Part shown: positions 16,444 through 25,144 of the stretch, in pieces
Position numbering within the stretch: the first letter of the stretch is position 1
How the letters are laid out: each line of letters begins with the position of its first letter
From: a virus
IMG/VR virus record: IMGVR_UViG_3300011409_000003
Span: 1-56,330 of that record
Length of the DNA stretch: 56,330 nucleotides
Reading direction: 5' to 3' (one strand)
Position numbers and translations under genes: made by a program
Notes under the pieces: model-generated
Told to the model about the DNA's origin: nothing
Seen by the model: only the letters and a program-made list of their open reading frames with translations
Database searches by the model: none

Positions 16444-18429
16444 TCAGAAGGGGAGGTCTTCTTCGATTGGATTGTCGGGCGAAGCTGCATTAGCGATGGG
16501 GATAGAGGCTTGCGCGGGGACGACTGCCCATAGTTGGGACCGGTGCGGACCATCGATCCGGTCCGCCTTCTTCTCTTCCTCAAGCAACTCAAGGGCTGGC
16601 TTCATGTTTGCTTGCTTGCCGCTAACGTTCTGCTTGATCGCCGTGACACTCAAGCGTTTTGTCTGCGTGCGGAGGAATGCCAACGCATTGTCCGCCATTT
16701 CGCGAATAGCCACTTGCTCGCGATTCTGTTCACCGCGAACGTGCATACGCGCCGGTTTCATTTCCACGCGCTCGCCGCCGATATCGACTTCTTCCGGGTC
16801 GCCGTATTCAATACCGACCACGAAATTGGGCGGCGACTCTTCATCCTTCAGTTCGACCTCGACCTCAAAGGCATTCTTTCCGGCGCCGACGCAATACATT
16901 GCGGCATCGCCCCACGCGTGCAGGTCGGAACTTCCGCGGAGCTTCTGTCCCGCGCGGGCATCGGCGTTTGCTTCAGACGTCTTGCGGCTGTGGTGGATGA
17001 TGACAATGGCCGGCCCATGTTCTTGGAGCTCTGCGGCAGCATCCAGGACGGGTTGAAGTTCCGTGCTGTCGTTCTCGTCTCCGTCGTGGTAGCGGCGCAG
17101 TGGATCAATAAACACGATGACCGGGCGCTCACGCTCGAGCGTAGTCAGCAGACGAGCGCGCCAGCGCGGATCAGTGAGTTTCACGCGCTCACGTACGACG
17201 AAGCCCAACTGATTGCGGAGAATGTCCGGGGATTGATTCTTTGCGAGAAGTAGCATCCGTACGCGGTTATAGATCGAGCGCTTGGTTGATTCCTCCGTCA
17301 AGTACCAGACGCGGCCTTTGTTTGCGACGCCGTACTTATCGAGGAACGGGAGACCGGACGCTACCGCAACGGCCAGTTCGAGGGCCAACCAGCTCTTGCC
17401 TATTTTGGCTTCGCCTGCAATCCAGCCTCGCGCGCCCTGCGGCCAAATATTCTCGACCAACCAGCCTGTCTTGGGCGGCGGCGCGTCGTGCAATGCTCCA
17501 AAGTCTATGATCGGCGCTTCCTTGAGCACAGCCGAACCACCCCCGGTCCCGGTCCTGCGGCGTGCGGAAGCTATGGTGCGGGCGAGATAGTCTTTGCGGT
17601 CCCACTTATCGCGCGTAATCGGCGAGGCTCGCATGATGCGCTCAACCGTGGCATCATCATCTGTGTGGCGGCAAAGAATAGAGGCTAGTTCAGAATCATT
17701 CTCCGAGCCAGTGCGATTCGGTCGCGTCTCGCCCGCGATGAAGAGTCGCTGCCACGCAGGCTCATCCTTTGAGGCCTGGATCACCGCAATGATGGCTTCA
17801 TCTTCGGCAGTGAGCGGACCAGAAGCAGCAGATGGGGACACATGTTCGGCCGGCGCGGCTTCCCCCGCGCCAAGCCGGGCGTAGACGTCGGCGACTTCTG
17901 CTTGTCGGGCCTCAATGGTCGCAGGGGCGCCCGCATGCGGCACACCGGTCCACGTGAAGTAGCGGCCTGTGCAGTACATCTCGATAGCGCCAACGCCGTC
18001 CGGCCGATTCTTTTTCTTACCGGGACCCGGCAGCGTTGCCTTGACGATGACGTGGACGCCAGTGCCGGACTGGGAGATTTCTGTATAGCTGTTGAATCGC
18101 TCTACGAGACGCTGCGCCCACGGTTGAAGCGCCCCCGTGGTGGCGTCGCGGCACTTGTCAAGATCAATGCCCGTGTAGTCGCCGCCCGCCGCAAACACGA
18201 AACCCAGCCCATTGAACGGACGTGCCGTGGTCAACGACGCCTGATAAGCCGCCCACGCTTCGTCATAGCTCGACCACTTCGCGGGATTGGTGGAACTACC
18301 GAAGTCGCCCGTAACGGTGCGGGGCACCTTCCGAGGCTTGGTCGCATCATTCGGATTGGGCTCCATTCGCCACACGCACCACTGGCGTAACGCGCGTAGC
18401 TCCTCCGGCACAGCCTGTATTGGTGTCAT
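16444..18429 (-). CDS. Bifunctional AEP primase-polymerase / RepA-DnaB-like helicase
   Basis: YTGIDLDKC and SQSGTGVHVIV (AEP motifs); GEAKIGKSWLALEL (Walker A); VIVFIDPLRRY (Walker B); ends ...EEDLPF. Confidence 0.85.
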   Translation of the reverse strand: MTPIQAVPEELRALRQWCVWRMEPNPNDATKPRKVPRTVTGDFGSSTNPAKWSSYDEAWAAYQASLTTARPFNGLGFVFAAGGDYTGIDLDKCRDATTGALQPWAQRLVERFNSYTEISQSGTGVHVIVKATLPGPGKKKNRPDGVGAIEMYCTGRYFTWTGVPHAGAPATIEARQAEVADVYARLGAGEAAPAEHVSPSAASGPLTAEDEAIIAVIQASKDEPAWQRLFIAGETRPNRTGSENDSELASILCRHTDDDATVERIMRASPITRDKWDRKDYLARTIASARRRTGTGGGSAVLKEAPIIDFGALHDAPPPKTGWLVENIWPQGARGWIAGEAKIGKSWLALELAVAVASGLPFLDKYGVANKGRVWYLTEESTKRSIYNRVRMLLLAKNQSPDILRNQLGFVVRERVKLTDPRWRARLLTTLERERPVIVFIDPLRRYHDGDENDSTELQPVLDAAAELQEHGPAIVIIHHSRKTSEANADARAGQKLRGSSDLHAWGDAAMYCVGAGKNAFEVEVELKDEESPPNFVVGIEYGDPEEVDIGGERVEMKPARMHVRGEQNREQVAIREMADNALAFLRTQTKRLSVTAIKQNVSGKQANMKPALELLEEEKKADRIDGPHRSQLWAVVPAQASIPIANAASPDNPIEEDLPF

Positions 18430-18827
18430 GCTGCGGTGCTCAAGTAGGCGGTCAGCCTGTCGTTCAATGCCGGAAAGCCGACGCTTTCAATAAGCCCGAG
18501 GAGGCCGTTGCAAGCGCGGTGCAAAAGACCGCGGACGCGCTCGGTCGAGTGGTCGTGATCGATGCTTACGGAATCATCTAAGGGCAGGCTGCATAGCGCG
18601 CAAAGCCCAACCTGCCTGTCCCACAGTAGAGCGATATCGTGCGGCTCTAAGCCGTAGGTCAGGCGGATGTGCGTCATCCACGTCTGCCGCCCCTGCTCGC
18701 CGGGGCGAAAGACGCGATTCTTCGCGCCAATCTTCCTACGCGTCTCGGCGCTTACTGTATGCCCGAGTTTGCTCGCGCTGATCTTGGCGCAGCTCTCAGG
18801 GGTGTGGCGTTGTCCTCTACGAGGCAT
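18426..18827 (-). CDS. HNH endonuclease, endonuclease VII type, with NUMOD-like N-terminus
   Basis: SAETRRKIGAKN; CALCSLPLDDSVSIDHDHSTERVRGLLHRACN; ATGA overlap with the primase start. Confidence 0.8.
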   Translation of the reverse strand: MPRRGQRHTPESCAKISASKLGHTVSAETRRKIGAKNRVFRPGEQGRQTWMTHIRLTYGLEPHDIALLWDRQVGLCALCSLPLDDSVSIDHDHSTERVRGLLHRACNGLLGLIESVGFPALNDRLTAYLSTAA

Positions 18828-18856
18828 TGATGCTCTTGGTAAGACGAGGGGAGGGA

Positions 18857-18883
18857 AGCGGGGGCACTGTCGAGACCCCCGCT
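18857..18883 (-). terminator. GC hairpin between the SSB-like gene and the HNH gene (terminator/attenuator-like)
   Basis: AGCGGGGG / CCCCCGCT 8-bp stem with an 11-nt loop; pyrimidine-rich but a poor U tract downstream on the minus strand. Confidence 0.35.
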
Positions 18884-18905
18884 TATCAGCGTGCCTATCC
18901 CCTGT

Positions 18906-19682
18906 TCAAAACGGGAGATCGTCCTTCTCTTCGGTCGTCGCTTCCGTCTCCTCCGGGGTGATCTTCACCGCGCCCGCCTTCAACGCTGTGCGGAACACCT
19001 TCGCCTGCTGGTAGACGTCATCGCTCGCCGGGCCTTCGTTCGTGACCTTGAGCACGGCGGACGTGCCGGCGTCGAACTTCTGCTGCGCCGACGTGATGCG
19101 GTACTGATACGCGAAGATCGGCGGCTGAATCTTCGTGCCGTTCGGACCGGGGACGCGGATGCCGGTCAGCAGCGCGTTCCAGTGCTTCATCGTGTAGACC
19201 TTCGTCTTGGTGCAGAAGGAGATGATGGCGGGCGTCCAGCCACCGTTCTTCATGTTATACAGGACGAAGACGCGGAAGCCGTCCAGCAGCTCGTTGCCCG
19301 TCTCCGCGTTCTCCTGCGCTTCGGCGCGCGTGTTGTAGACCTTCACGATCCGACCGCCCCCGCCGCCCTCCTGCCGCGGCTCAATCTCGGCCACGACCTT
19401 CTGGATCTCGGTCGGGACCACGAGGATGCCGCCCTTCGCGTCGAAGGTCTCGCCGGTCACCGTGTTGAACAGCGACCCGATCCGGGCGTCCGGGAGATAC
19501 TTCGGGTCGTTCTCTTCCAGCTGCTTCGACAACGCTTGGACGTGACCGATGAACGGAATCGCGATATCCTGCGCCCCGATCGACTCGGCGCCCTGGCCGG
19601 CATCCGCCGCCCACTGGGCCTGTTGTTCTGCGCTGACAAGCGCGCCCGACTGCGACGCGACGAGGTCTGTTCCTGGCGTCAT
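18906..19682 (-). CDS. Putative ssDNA-binding protein with acidic C-terminal tail
   Basis: 258 aa; ends TEATTEEKDDLPF, resembling the bacterial SSB DDDIPF tip and the T7 gp2.5 acidic tail; replication context. Confidence 0.45.
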   Translation of the reverse strand: MTPGTDLVASQSGALVSAEQQAQWAADAGQGAESIGAQDIAIPFIGHVQALSKQLEENDPKYLPDARIGSLFNTVTGETFDAKGGILVVPTEIQKVVAEIEPRQEGGGGGRIVKVYNTRAEAQENAETGNELLDGFRVFVLYNMKNGGWTPAIISFCTKTKVYTMKHWNALLTGIRVPGPNGTKIQPPIFAYQYRITSAQQKFDAGTSAVLKVTNEGPASDDVYQQAKVFRTALKAGAVKITPEETEATTEEKDDLPF

Positions 19683-20134
19683 GCTTTCGCTGCTCCTGTT
19701 CGTGTGAGGACAACCATCTCTTCGGTGAACACTCGGATGAAGTCGGGCACCGTCCGCCCTGCCTCCATGAGATCGGTGACGAGCTCTTGCAGCGCCTTAG
19801 GCTCAACGGTGAGCACATCGCCTAGGCCATGCGCCAGCAACCATTGCAGCGCCTCGGCGCGGCGGTCCTTCGGTATGGAGGCGTGCGTCTTGGTTCGGAG
19901 CGACAGCGTCCCGTACGATGTCTTGGCGCGGGTCAATCCGTTGTCAGCCAGGGCCTCGGGCAGATACCGCAGCCGAACCACGTTGTAATCCTGCCGCAGC
20001 TCCCGCAGGTGCTCCTCCGCCGCCGCAACCATTCCCTTCAGTTCGACCATGCGCTCGACCAAGACCATGAGGCCCGACGAGGCCTCGGGCGTCTCCTCGA
20101 GCGCGTCAGCCAGCAGCTCTTCGGGCGTCGGCAT
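19679..20134 (-). CDS. Hypothetical protein (replication/recombination module)
   Basis: ATGA-coupled; 151 aa; N-terminal helical/coiled segment. Confidence 0.4.
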   Translation of the reverse strand: MPTPEELLADALEETPEASSGLMVLVERMVELKGMVAAAEEHLRELRQDYNVVRLRYLPEALADNGLTRAKTSYGTLSLRTKTHASIPKDRRAEALQWLLAHGLGDVLTVEPKALQELVTDLMEAGRTVPDFIRVFTEEMVVLTRTGAAKA

Positions 20135-20443
20135 CTACTTCCAGATCGCTTTGTAGAAGCGGCGGCACGGCAAGCAGTCCACGGTGGGCGCCTTAGCGCC
20201 GGTGTAGCGTGGATGCTTCGGACAGCGGCGCTGCGCCTTGATCTGACGATCCATGCTTCGCAGCGTCCTGGGGATGCTCAGGAAGTTGGAGCAGTTGAAC
20301 GTTCTGCGAAGCAAGGACGTGATGCTCTGCAATTCCTCGCGTATGTCCATGAGCAACGCTTGTTCAACGACTGTATTCGTAACCACCTTGTCCGTGTCAT
20401 TGCCGGGCAGATTCCACTGGACATTCTTGAAACGCGCCATCAA
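20135..20443 (-). CDS. Hypothetical protein, Cys-rich C-terminus
   Basis: 102 aa; RRCPKHPRYTG...DCLPCRRF. Confidence 0.4.
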   Translation of the reverse strand: MMARFKNVQWNLPGNDTDKVVTNTVVEQALLMDIREELQSITSLLRRTFNCSNFLSIPRTLRSMDRQIKAQRRCPKHPRYTGAKAPTVDCLPCRRFYKAIWK

Positions 20444-20655
20444 GCCCTCGCTGGTTTCTGTTTGCGCTTCGGCGCGGTCTGGTCATTCCAGACTTCGATG
20501 CCGCCGGGGTAGGTGACGACGCGTCGCGGTTTCGCGTCCTTCGTCTGGCCGCGGCGGGCCGCCGCAATCGCGCCACCCGCGCCATCGGTCCTGAGGTAGT
20601 AGTCGCCGCCTTCGAGCGTCCACTCGTCGTCCACCAACCATTCGACGGTGAACAT
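20440..20655 (-). CDS. Hypothetical protein
   Basis: 71 aa; abuts neighbouring genes without gaps. Confidence 0.4.
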   Translation of the reverse strand: MFTVEWLVDDEWTLEGGDYYLRTDGAGGAIAAARRGQTKDAKPRRVVTYPGGIEVWNDQTAPKRKQKPARA

Positions 20656-21120
20656 TCAGGCGACGAGCTTCCGGCCGTCGAAGTCCGATTCGAGGTAGGC
20701 GAGCACCTTCCGGGCCGTCTCGACCGTGTTCGTGCCGATCTTGTACTTGTTGCAGCGGTGGCAAGCGAGCCCGCGAACGCGCCCGCTATGGTGGTCATGT
20801 TCAACAGCTAAGCGTCGTGTTTTGGGCGGGCGACCGCAGATTGCACAGACGCCATTCTGTCGCCGGAGCATTTCTTCATACTGGGGCTCGGTTATGCCGT
20901 ATGGCGCCAGCAAGTGTTTTCGTTTTCGTGCCTTTGCTTTCGCTGTCAAGCGCTCGCGCGCGGCAGCCGCCTTCAAAACTTCCTGCCCCTTCTCCGAGGC
21001 ACGGTACCGCGCTATTGTCGCTTGCCCCTTCTCTGACGCGCGGTACTTCGCGTGGACACGACGTCGCCTTTCACGGCGAAGGGCAAGCTGGCGCTCCTCT
21101 TCACAACGATCCGGCTCCAT
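20656..21120 (-). CDS. HNH endonuclease, endonuclease VII type
   Basis: CAICGRPPKTRRLAVEHDHHSGRVRGLACHRCN. Confidence 0.8.
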   Translation of the reverse strand: MEPDRCEEERQLALRRERRRRVHAKYRASEKGQATIARYRASEKGQEVLKAAAARERLTAKAKARKRKHLLAPYGITEPQYEEMLRRQNGVCAICGRPPKTRRLAVEHDHHSGRVRGLACHRCNKYKIGTNTVETARKVLAYLESDFDGRKLVA

Positions 21121-21794
21121 TAGTCGTCTTTCCCGGCCACGACCTTATCAAGGTCGTAGGCTTCGCGAAGCACGACGAACATGCGCCAAGCCGCCGCGAG
21201 CTTGCGATGCGTCGGCGGGAAGTAGGTGTGTTGGAAATCTCCGCCGTCCTTCCCGAACCTCACTATGTGAACGCCGCCGGTGATGGGTGCCTCAGGATTG
21301 ACTTCGTTCCAGAGTTGCCGATACGCGGCGACTTGGAGCAACTGATCGCTGTAGTAGGCCTTCGCTGTTTTCCAGTCCAAGAGCGACCGCGAGCCATCCG
21401 GTTCATCGGCGATCGCATCCGGTGTACCGCCGAAGCGATGAACCTCGCTGACGAAATGCTTCTCCAGCGGCCGGACTTTGAGACGCGAGCCCTCGATCCA
21501 GGACCGGAAGGCTGAAAACGCGCTGGCCGCCTTCTCGATGTTCTCCGGCGTCATCCCTGCCGGCGCCGGGATATTGATCTCGCCCGTGCTGAGGAAGGCT
21601 TCGATCATCGCGTGGACGTAGGTACCAACATCGGCCGCCGTGTCTCGCTTCTCATAGAGCTCGACGCCTGCGACACCCTGGGAGTAGGCCCAGCGGATTA
21701 GCGCGCCCGATTCCTTGAAGCGCCCGAGGATCGTGGTCACGCTCGGGATCTTGATGCCGTCCGCTGTGAAGTAGCCCTTCTTTGGGGTAGCCAT
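21120..21794 (-). CDS. PD-(D/E)XK exonuclease (RecB/Cas4-like phage exonuclease)
   Basis: IPSVTTILG...; GTPDAIADEPDGSRSLLDWKTAK (D...D/ExK). Confidence 0.75.
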   Translation of the reverse strand: MATPKKGYFTADGIKIPSVTTILGRFKESGALIRWAYSQGVAGVELYEKRDTAADVGTYVHAMIEAFLSTGEINIPAPAGMTPENIEKAASAFSAFRSWIEGSRLKVRPLEKHFVSEVHRFGGTPDAIADEPDGSRSLLDWKTAKAYYSDQLLQVAAYRQLWNEVNPEAPITGGVHIVRFGKDGGDFQHTYFPPTHRKLAAAWRMFVVLREAYDLDKVVAGKDD

Positions 21795-22435
21795 TACTTG
21801 GCCCCCAGTGCATAGCCGGCGGCAAACGCGACGAGATGCGTGACCGGACTGTCGAGCACTCGCTTGATCGCGCCGGGGTGCGCCTGGCGCTCGAATCCGT
21901 CCGCGCGTGTAATCGACAACGCGAGGTCGCCGCGAAGCTTCAGCAGTTGCGCATCACGATCGGCGATCTTGTCACGCTCGACCTGCGTCTCCGCCTGTGC
22001 GGTGGCGACCGCTTCCGACAGTGACTTGACTTGACGCCCGTGCTGCGCCTCGAGACTGTCGAGCACGGTGGCCGTATTCGAGTCAGCACTGGCCCGCAAC
22101 GCGGCGAGCGTCACGGTGAAGGCTTGACCCGCAACCGCAGCGGTCCGCGTCGCCGCGCCCAGCCGCGCTGTCAGCTTGGCGATACTGTCATTGCGTTGCT
22201 TGTCGCGCGCGTCGGCGTCGATGCTGTCGTTGATGATGGTGACGCGCAGCTTGTTCCGCTCTTGCTTCCACTCGGCCCGCGCGACCGCCAGCTCTTCACG
22301 TTTATGGACGTAGGCCTGAAATGCGCCCAGCGCCGCGATCACTGCGAGGATGATGCCGGGTAAGCCGTTCAGACTCCGAACGGCGCCAGCGAAGGTCAGG
22401 CGACCAACCGGAGCGGCATCAGGACGCCGTACCAC
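21794..22435 (-). CDS. Membrane-anchored coiled-coil protein (start uncertain)
   Basis: LPGIILAVIAALGAFQAYV TM segment followed by a long Ala/Arg/Glu-rich helix. Confidence 0.4.
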   Translation of the reverse strand: MVRRPDAAPVGRLTFAGAVRSLNGLPGIILAVIAALGAFQAYVHKREELAVARAEWKQERNKLRVTIINDSIDADARDKQRNDSIAKLTARLGAATRTAAVAGQAFTVTLAALRASADSNTATVLDSLEAQHGRQVKSLSEAVATAQAETQVERDKIADRDAQLLKLRGDLALSITRADGFERQAHPGAIKRVLDSPVTHLVAFAAGYALGAK

Positions 22436-23496
22436 GAGGAGTCACCAACGGGCTCGACCGACGCCGCGTGAACCGGCGACTTGAAGGTCAGCCGAACATT
22501 CTCCGTGGGGACGCGCTTCAGCGTCTCCATCAGATAGGTCGCGTTGAACCCGATCTCGATCGGGTCGCCTACCCATGAGCCGGCGACCTCATCCGAGGCC
22601 TCGCCCAGGTCGGCGGTCTGCGTCGTCACCTTGAGGCCCGCCGCGGTGCCGGCGAGCCGGATCCGATGCGTCTGCGAGTCGGCCATGACGGTGACGCGCC
22701 GAACCGCCGCGAGCAGGGCGTCACGATCGACGACGACCGCCCGGTTGTTCTCCTTCGGTAGCACTTGCTCGTACTTCGGGTAGGGACCTTCGATCAGGCG
22801 CGAGAACAGGAAGGTCTCGCCGGACAGGAAGCCGATGTGCGTCTGGCTCGTCGCAACCTGCACGGTCGCATCATCCGCCGTGTAAATCCGTCTGAACAGG
22901 TCCAGCGCCTTCGGGGGAACGATCAGCTGCGCCTTCGACCACGTCCCCGTCGCTTCCATCTTCGCGAGCCGGTGGCCGTTCGTGGCGACCATCCGCATCG
23001 TCTTGTCACCAAACTCCCAGAGGACGCCGCCGAGGGTCGGCCGCGCGTCGTCACGCGCCGCGGCGAAGGAAACGCCATCGATCAGGTCGCGCACCGTGCC
23101 CGCCCGCGCGCTCCCGAAGCCGGGGAAGTCGAGCTTGGGGAAGGTCGGGAATTCGTCCGTTTTCATCCCGAGCAGCTTGAAGCGGGACTTGCCGGACTCG
23201 ACCGAGATGCGGCCTTCCGCCGCGGTCCCGAATCGGATCACGCCTTCGGGCAATTGCTTCGCGATCTCCTGCAGCCGCTTCGCCGGTATGAGCGCTTCGC
23301 CCTCCGTCGTTGTCTCAGCGGGCGCGGATACGTTCATTCCGGTATCGAGATCCGTTGCGGCGAATCCGACGCTCCCGGCACGCGCCTGGAGGAGGACATT
23401 ACCGAGCACCGGCAGAGTCGTCTTGGTGGCGATGACAGGGACGATGGCGTCCAGCGCCTCGCGCAGCTGATTCCGTTCGATGACGAACTTCATCAC
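22396..23496 (-). CDS. dnaN: DNA polymerase III beta sliding clamp
   Basis: MKFVIERNQLREALDAIVPVIATKTTLPVLGNVLLQA... is a typical DnaN N-terminus; 366 aa. Confidence 0.9.
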   Translation of the reverse strand: MMKFVIERNQLREALDAIVPVIATKTTLPVLGNVLLQARAGSVGFAATDLDTGMNVSAPAETTTEGEALIPAKRLQEIAKQLPEGVIRFGTAAEGRISVESGKSRFKLLGMKTDEFPTFPKLDFPGFGSARAGTVRDLIDGVSFAAARDDARPTLGGVLWEFGDKTMRMVATNGHRLAKMEATGTWSKAQLIVPPKALDLFRRIYTADDATVQVATSQTHIGFLSGETFLFSRLIEGPYPKYEQVLPKENNRAVVVDRDALLAAVRRVTVMADSQTHRIRLAGTAAGLKVTTQTADLGEASDEVAGSWVGDPIEIGFNATYLMETLKRVPTENVRLTFKSPVHAASVEPVGDSSWYGVLMPLRLVA

Positions 23497-23693
23497 GCCC
23501 CCTTCCGGTAGAGAAGGACCTGGCGCGTATTGAGTGTCACGCTCGACTGGATGTTGTCCGGGCCGTGCGGCTTTTCGGAGCCGATCTTCAGCGTGACATT
23601 GCAGTAATCGGGAGTGGCATAGGTATCGCCGATCACGGCCTCAATGAGGACTTTGTCGCCCTTCTTAAGGGGCGTTCCGTTACAGTCGTGCAT
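23493..23693 (-). CDS. Hypothetical protein
   Basis: 66 aa; ATGA-coupled to dnaN. Confidence 0.4.
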   Translation of the reverse strand: MHDCNGTPLKKGDKVLIEAVIGDTYATPDYCNVTLKIGSEKPHGPDNIQSSVTLNTRQVLLYRKGA

Positions 23694-23701
23694 ATCTCTC
23701 C

Positions 23702-24556
23702 CTAGAGGCGCTTGCCGCGCGCGTGAATGATCGAGTCCATGCGGCCATCTTCGCGGAGCTCGACAACAGCGATGCCGCGCGTGCCCGGGCTGTACTGCTT
23801 CTTGGCGCCGTAGCCGCCGAAGTATTTGAGGTAGGACGGGGAAATGATGATCAGCGCGTCGCGCTCGACCATCTCCCCGGACGTCTGATCGAACTCGGTC
23901 TGATACAGAACGTCAACCAACGCTTGGTGCAGGTGCCCGGACCAATAGAGGTCGAACGGCTTCGCCCACGAGATTGGTTTTCTTGCCGCCATCCGTTGCG
24001 CGCCGGCCGTCGCTGCACCCCCTGAGCCGTGGTGCGCCGCGAGACGGAAGTTGTTGCCGCGCCATTTCAGGGTGCAGAAGCAGTAGTCGGGGAAGTACGT
24101 CATCTCGAGCATCGCGCTCATCCACCACGCGAGGTCGACGCCCATGATGTTGGTGCGGTCCTCGTGGTTGCCGGGCAGCGTGAAGAGCAGCTTGTGACGC
24201 ACGGCCGCGAATTGCTGCATCGTCTGCACGAGCTGGTTGTCGGGGTCGTAGTCCTGCTCGTAGACGCCGGAGCCAACGGACAGCTTCGACGCGTTCTCGA
24301 TCTGATCGCCGCCGAACCATCCGAGGACGTTCGGGGTCGCTTCAAACCAGGCGACGTGCCGCTTCAGCAGCTCGGCGTCATGGTTCTTGGCCCCGATGTG
24401 GAGGTCATACCACGGGGCGAGGAGAACGGTGTCCCACTCATCCGGCACCGTGATGACCATCTGCGGAAATTCCGTCGCCGGTCGCTCAGACGACCACGCG
24501 CGGGGCTTGAAGCGCTCGCGCAACGAGGCGAGGAATCGATCATCACGTGCCAGCAT
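23702..24556 (-). CDS. Calcineurin-like metallophosphoesterase
   Basis: YDLHIG, GGDQIEN, LPGNHED, AAHHGSGG motifs in the canonical order. Confidence 0.7.
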   Translation of the reverse strand: MLARDDRFLASLRERFKPRAWSSERPATEFPQMVITVPDEWDTVLLAPWYDLHIGAKNHDAELLKRHVAWFEATPNVLGWFGGDQIENASKLSVGSGVYEQDYDPDNQLVQTMQQFAAVRHKLLFTLPGNHEDRTNIMGVDLAWWMSAMLEMTYFPDYCFCTLKWRGNNFRLAAHHGSGGAATAGAQRMAARKPISWAKPFDLYWSGHLHQALVDVLYQTEFDQTSGEMVERDALIIISPSYLKYFGGYGAKKQYSPGTRGIAVVELREDGRMDSIIHARGKRL

Positions 24557-24725
24557 TCGAACTCCCGAATAAGTGTTTCCGTAGGCTCTGCTCGCTTACC
24601 TGCCAGCCACCATTGGTCTGCATCCGCGCTTCCACGACGCCTGCCTTCACCCAAAGCCACAGCGTGTCACGATCGATCTTGAAATGCTTGGCGGCCCACG
24701 TGATCCGGAGCCAGCGATCGTTCAC
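24543..24725 (-). CDS. Small helix-turn-helix protein (excisionase-like)
   Basis: ITWAAKHFKIDRDTLWLWVKAG. Confidence 0.45.
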   Translation of the reverse strand: MNDRWLRITWAAKHFKIDRDTLWLWVKAGVVEARMQTNGGWQVSEQSLRKHLFGSSNAGT

Positions 24726-24772
24726 CTTCTCTGTAAACGGGGGAGTGCTCGCCCAGACACCAGGCGCGTCGG

Positions 24773-25144
24773 CTACTGCGATGCCGTCGCCTTCGCCTTC
24801 AGCAGCTCGTGGAGGTAGCCCTGCACATTGAAGAGGATGGCGCAGAGTGCGATCTCGAGGGTCACCGGCTGTCCGGACTTCGCATCGATCACTGTGTAGC
24901 CACGATGCAGCTTCCAGGCGTCAAAGGCGTGCCGGATCAAGCTCTTGATGTAGGAACTAAGTGGGATGCCCTTCTGCCAGTTATCAGAGGCCCGTATCGT
25001 TTGCCCTTCGGGGACATTGCGTGTTTGGCACTCGCGCATGTACTCCGCGAAACGCTCAAGGACGAGCGGCGATAGCGCGCCTTCCGGATCGATCTTGGTC
25101 GTGTCTGTATCGCGCGTGGCGCCCGTCTCGAACTGACGGGTCAC
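24773..25144 (-). CDS. MazG-like / dATP-dGTP diphosphohydrolase N-terminal-domain family protein
   Basis: FETGATRD...SPLVLERFAEYM...DNWQKGIPLSSYIKSLIRHAFDAW pattern typical of this phage family. Confidence 0.55.
   Translation of the reverse strand: MTRQFETGATRDTDTTKIDPEGALSPLVLERFAEYMRECQTRNVPEGQTIRASDNWQKGIPLSSYIKSLIRHAFDAWKLHRGYTVIDAKSGQPVTLEIALCAILFNVQGYLHELLKAKATASQ

Noticed and set aside
24773-25144. Z-genome (2-aminoadenine) pathway, suggested by the MazZ-like domain protein
   Set aside because: No PurZ-like or DatZ-like (HD) ORF was recognised anywhere in the 56 kb, so one MazG-like domain alone is insufficient.
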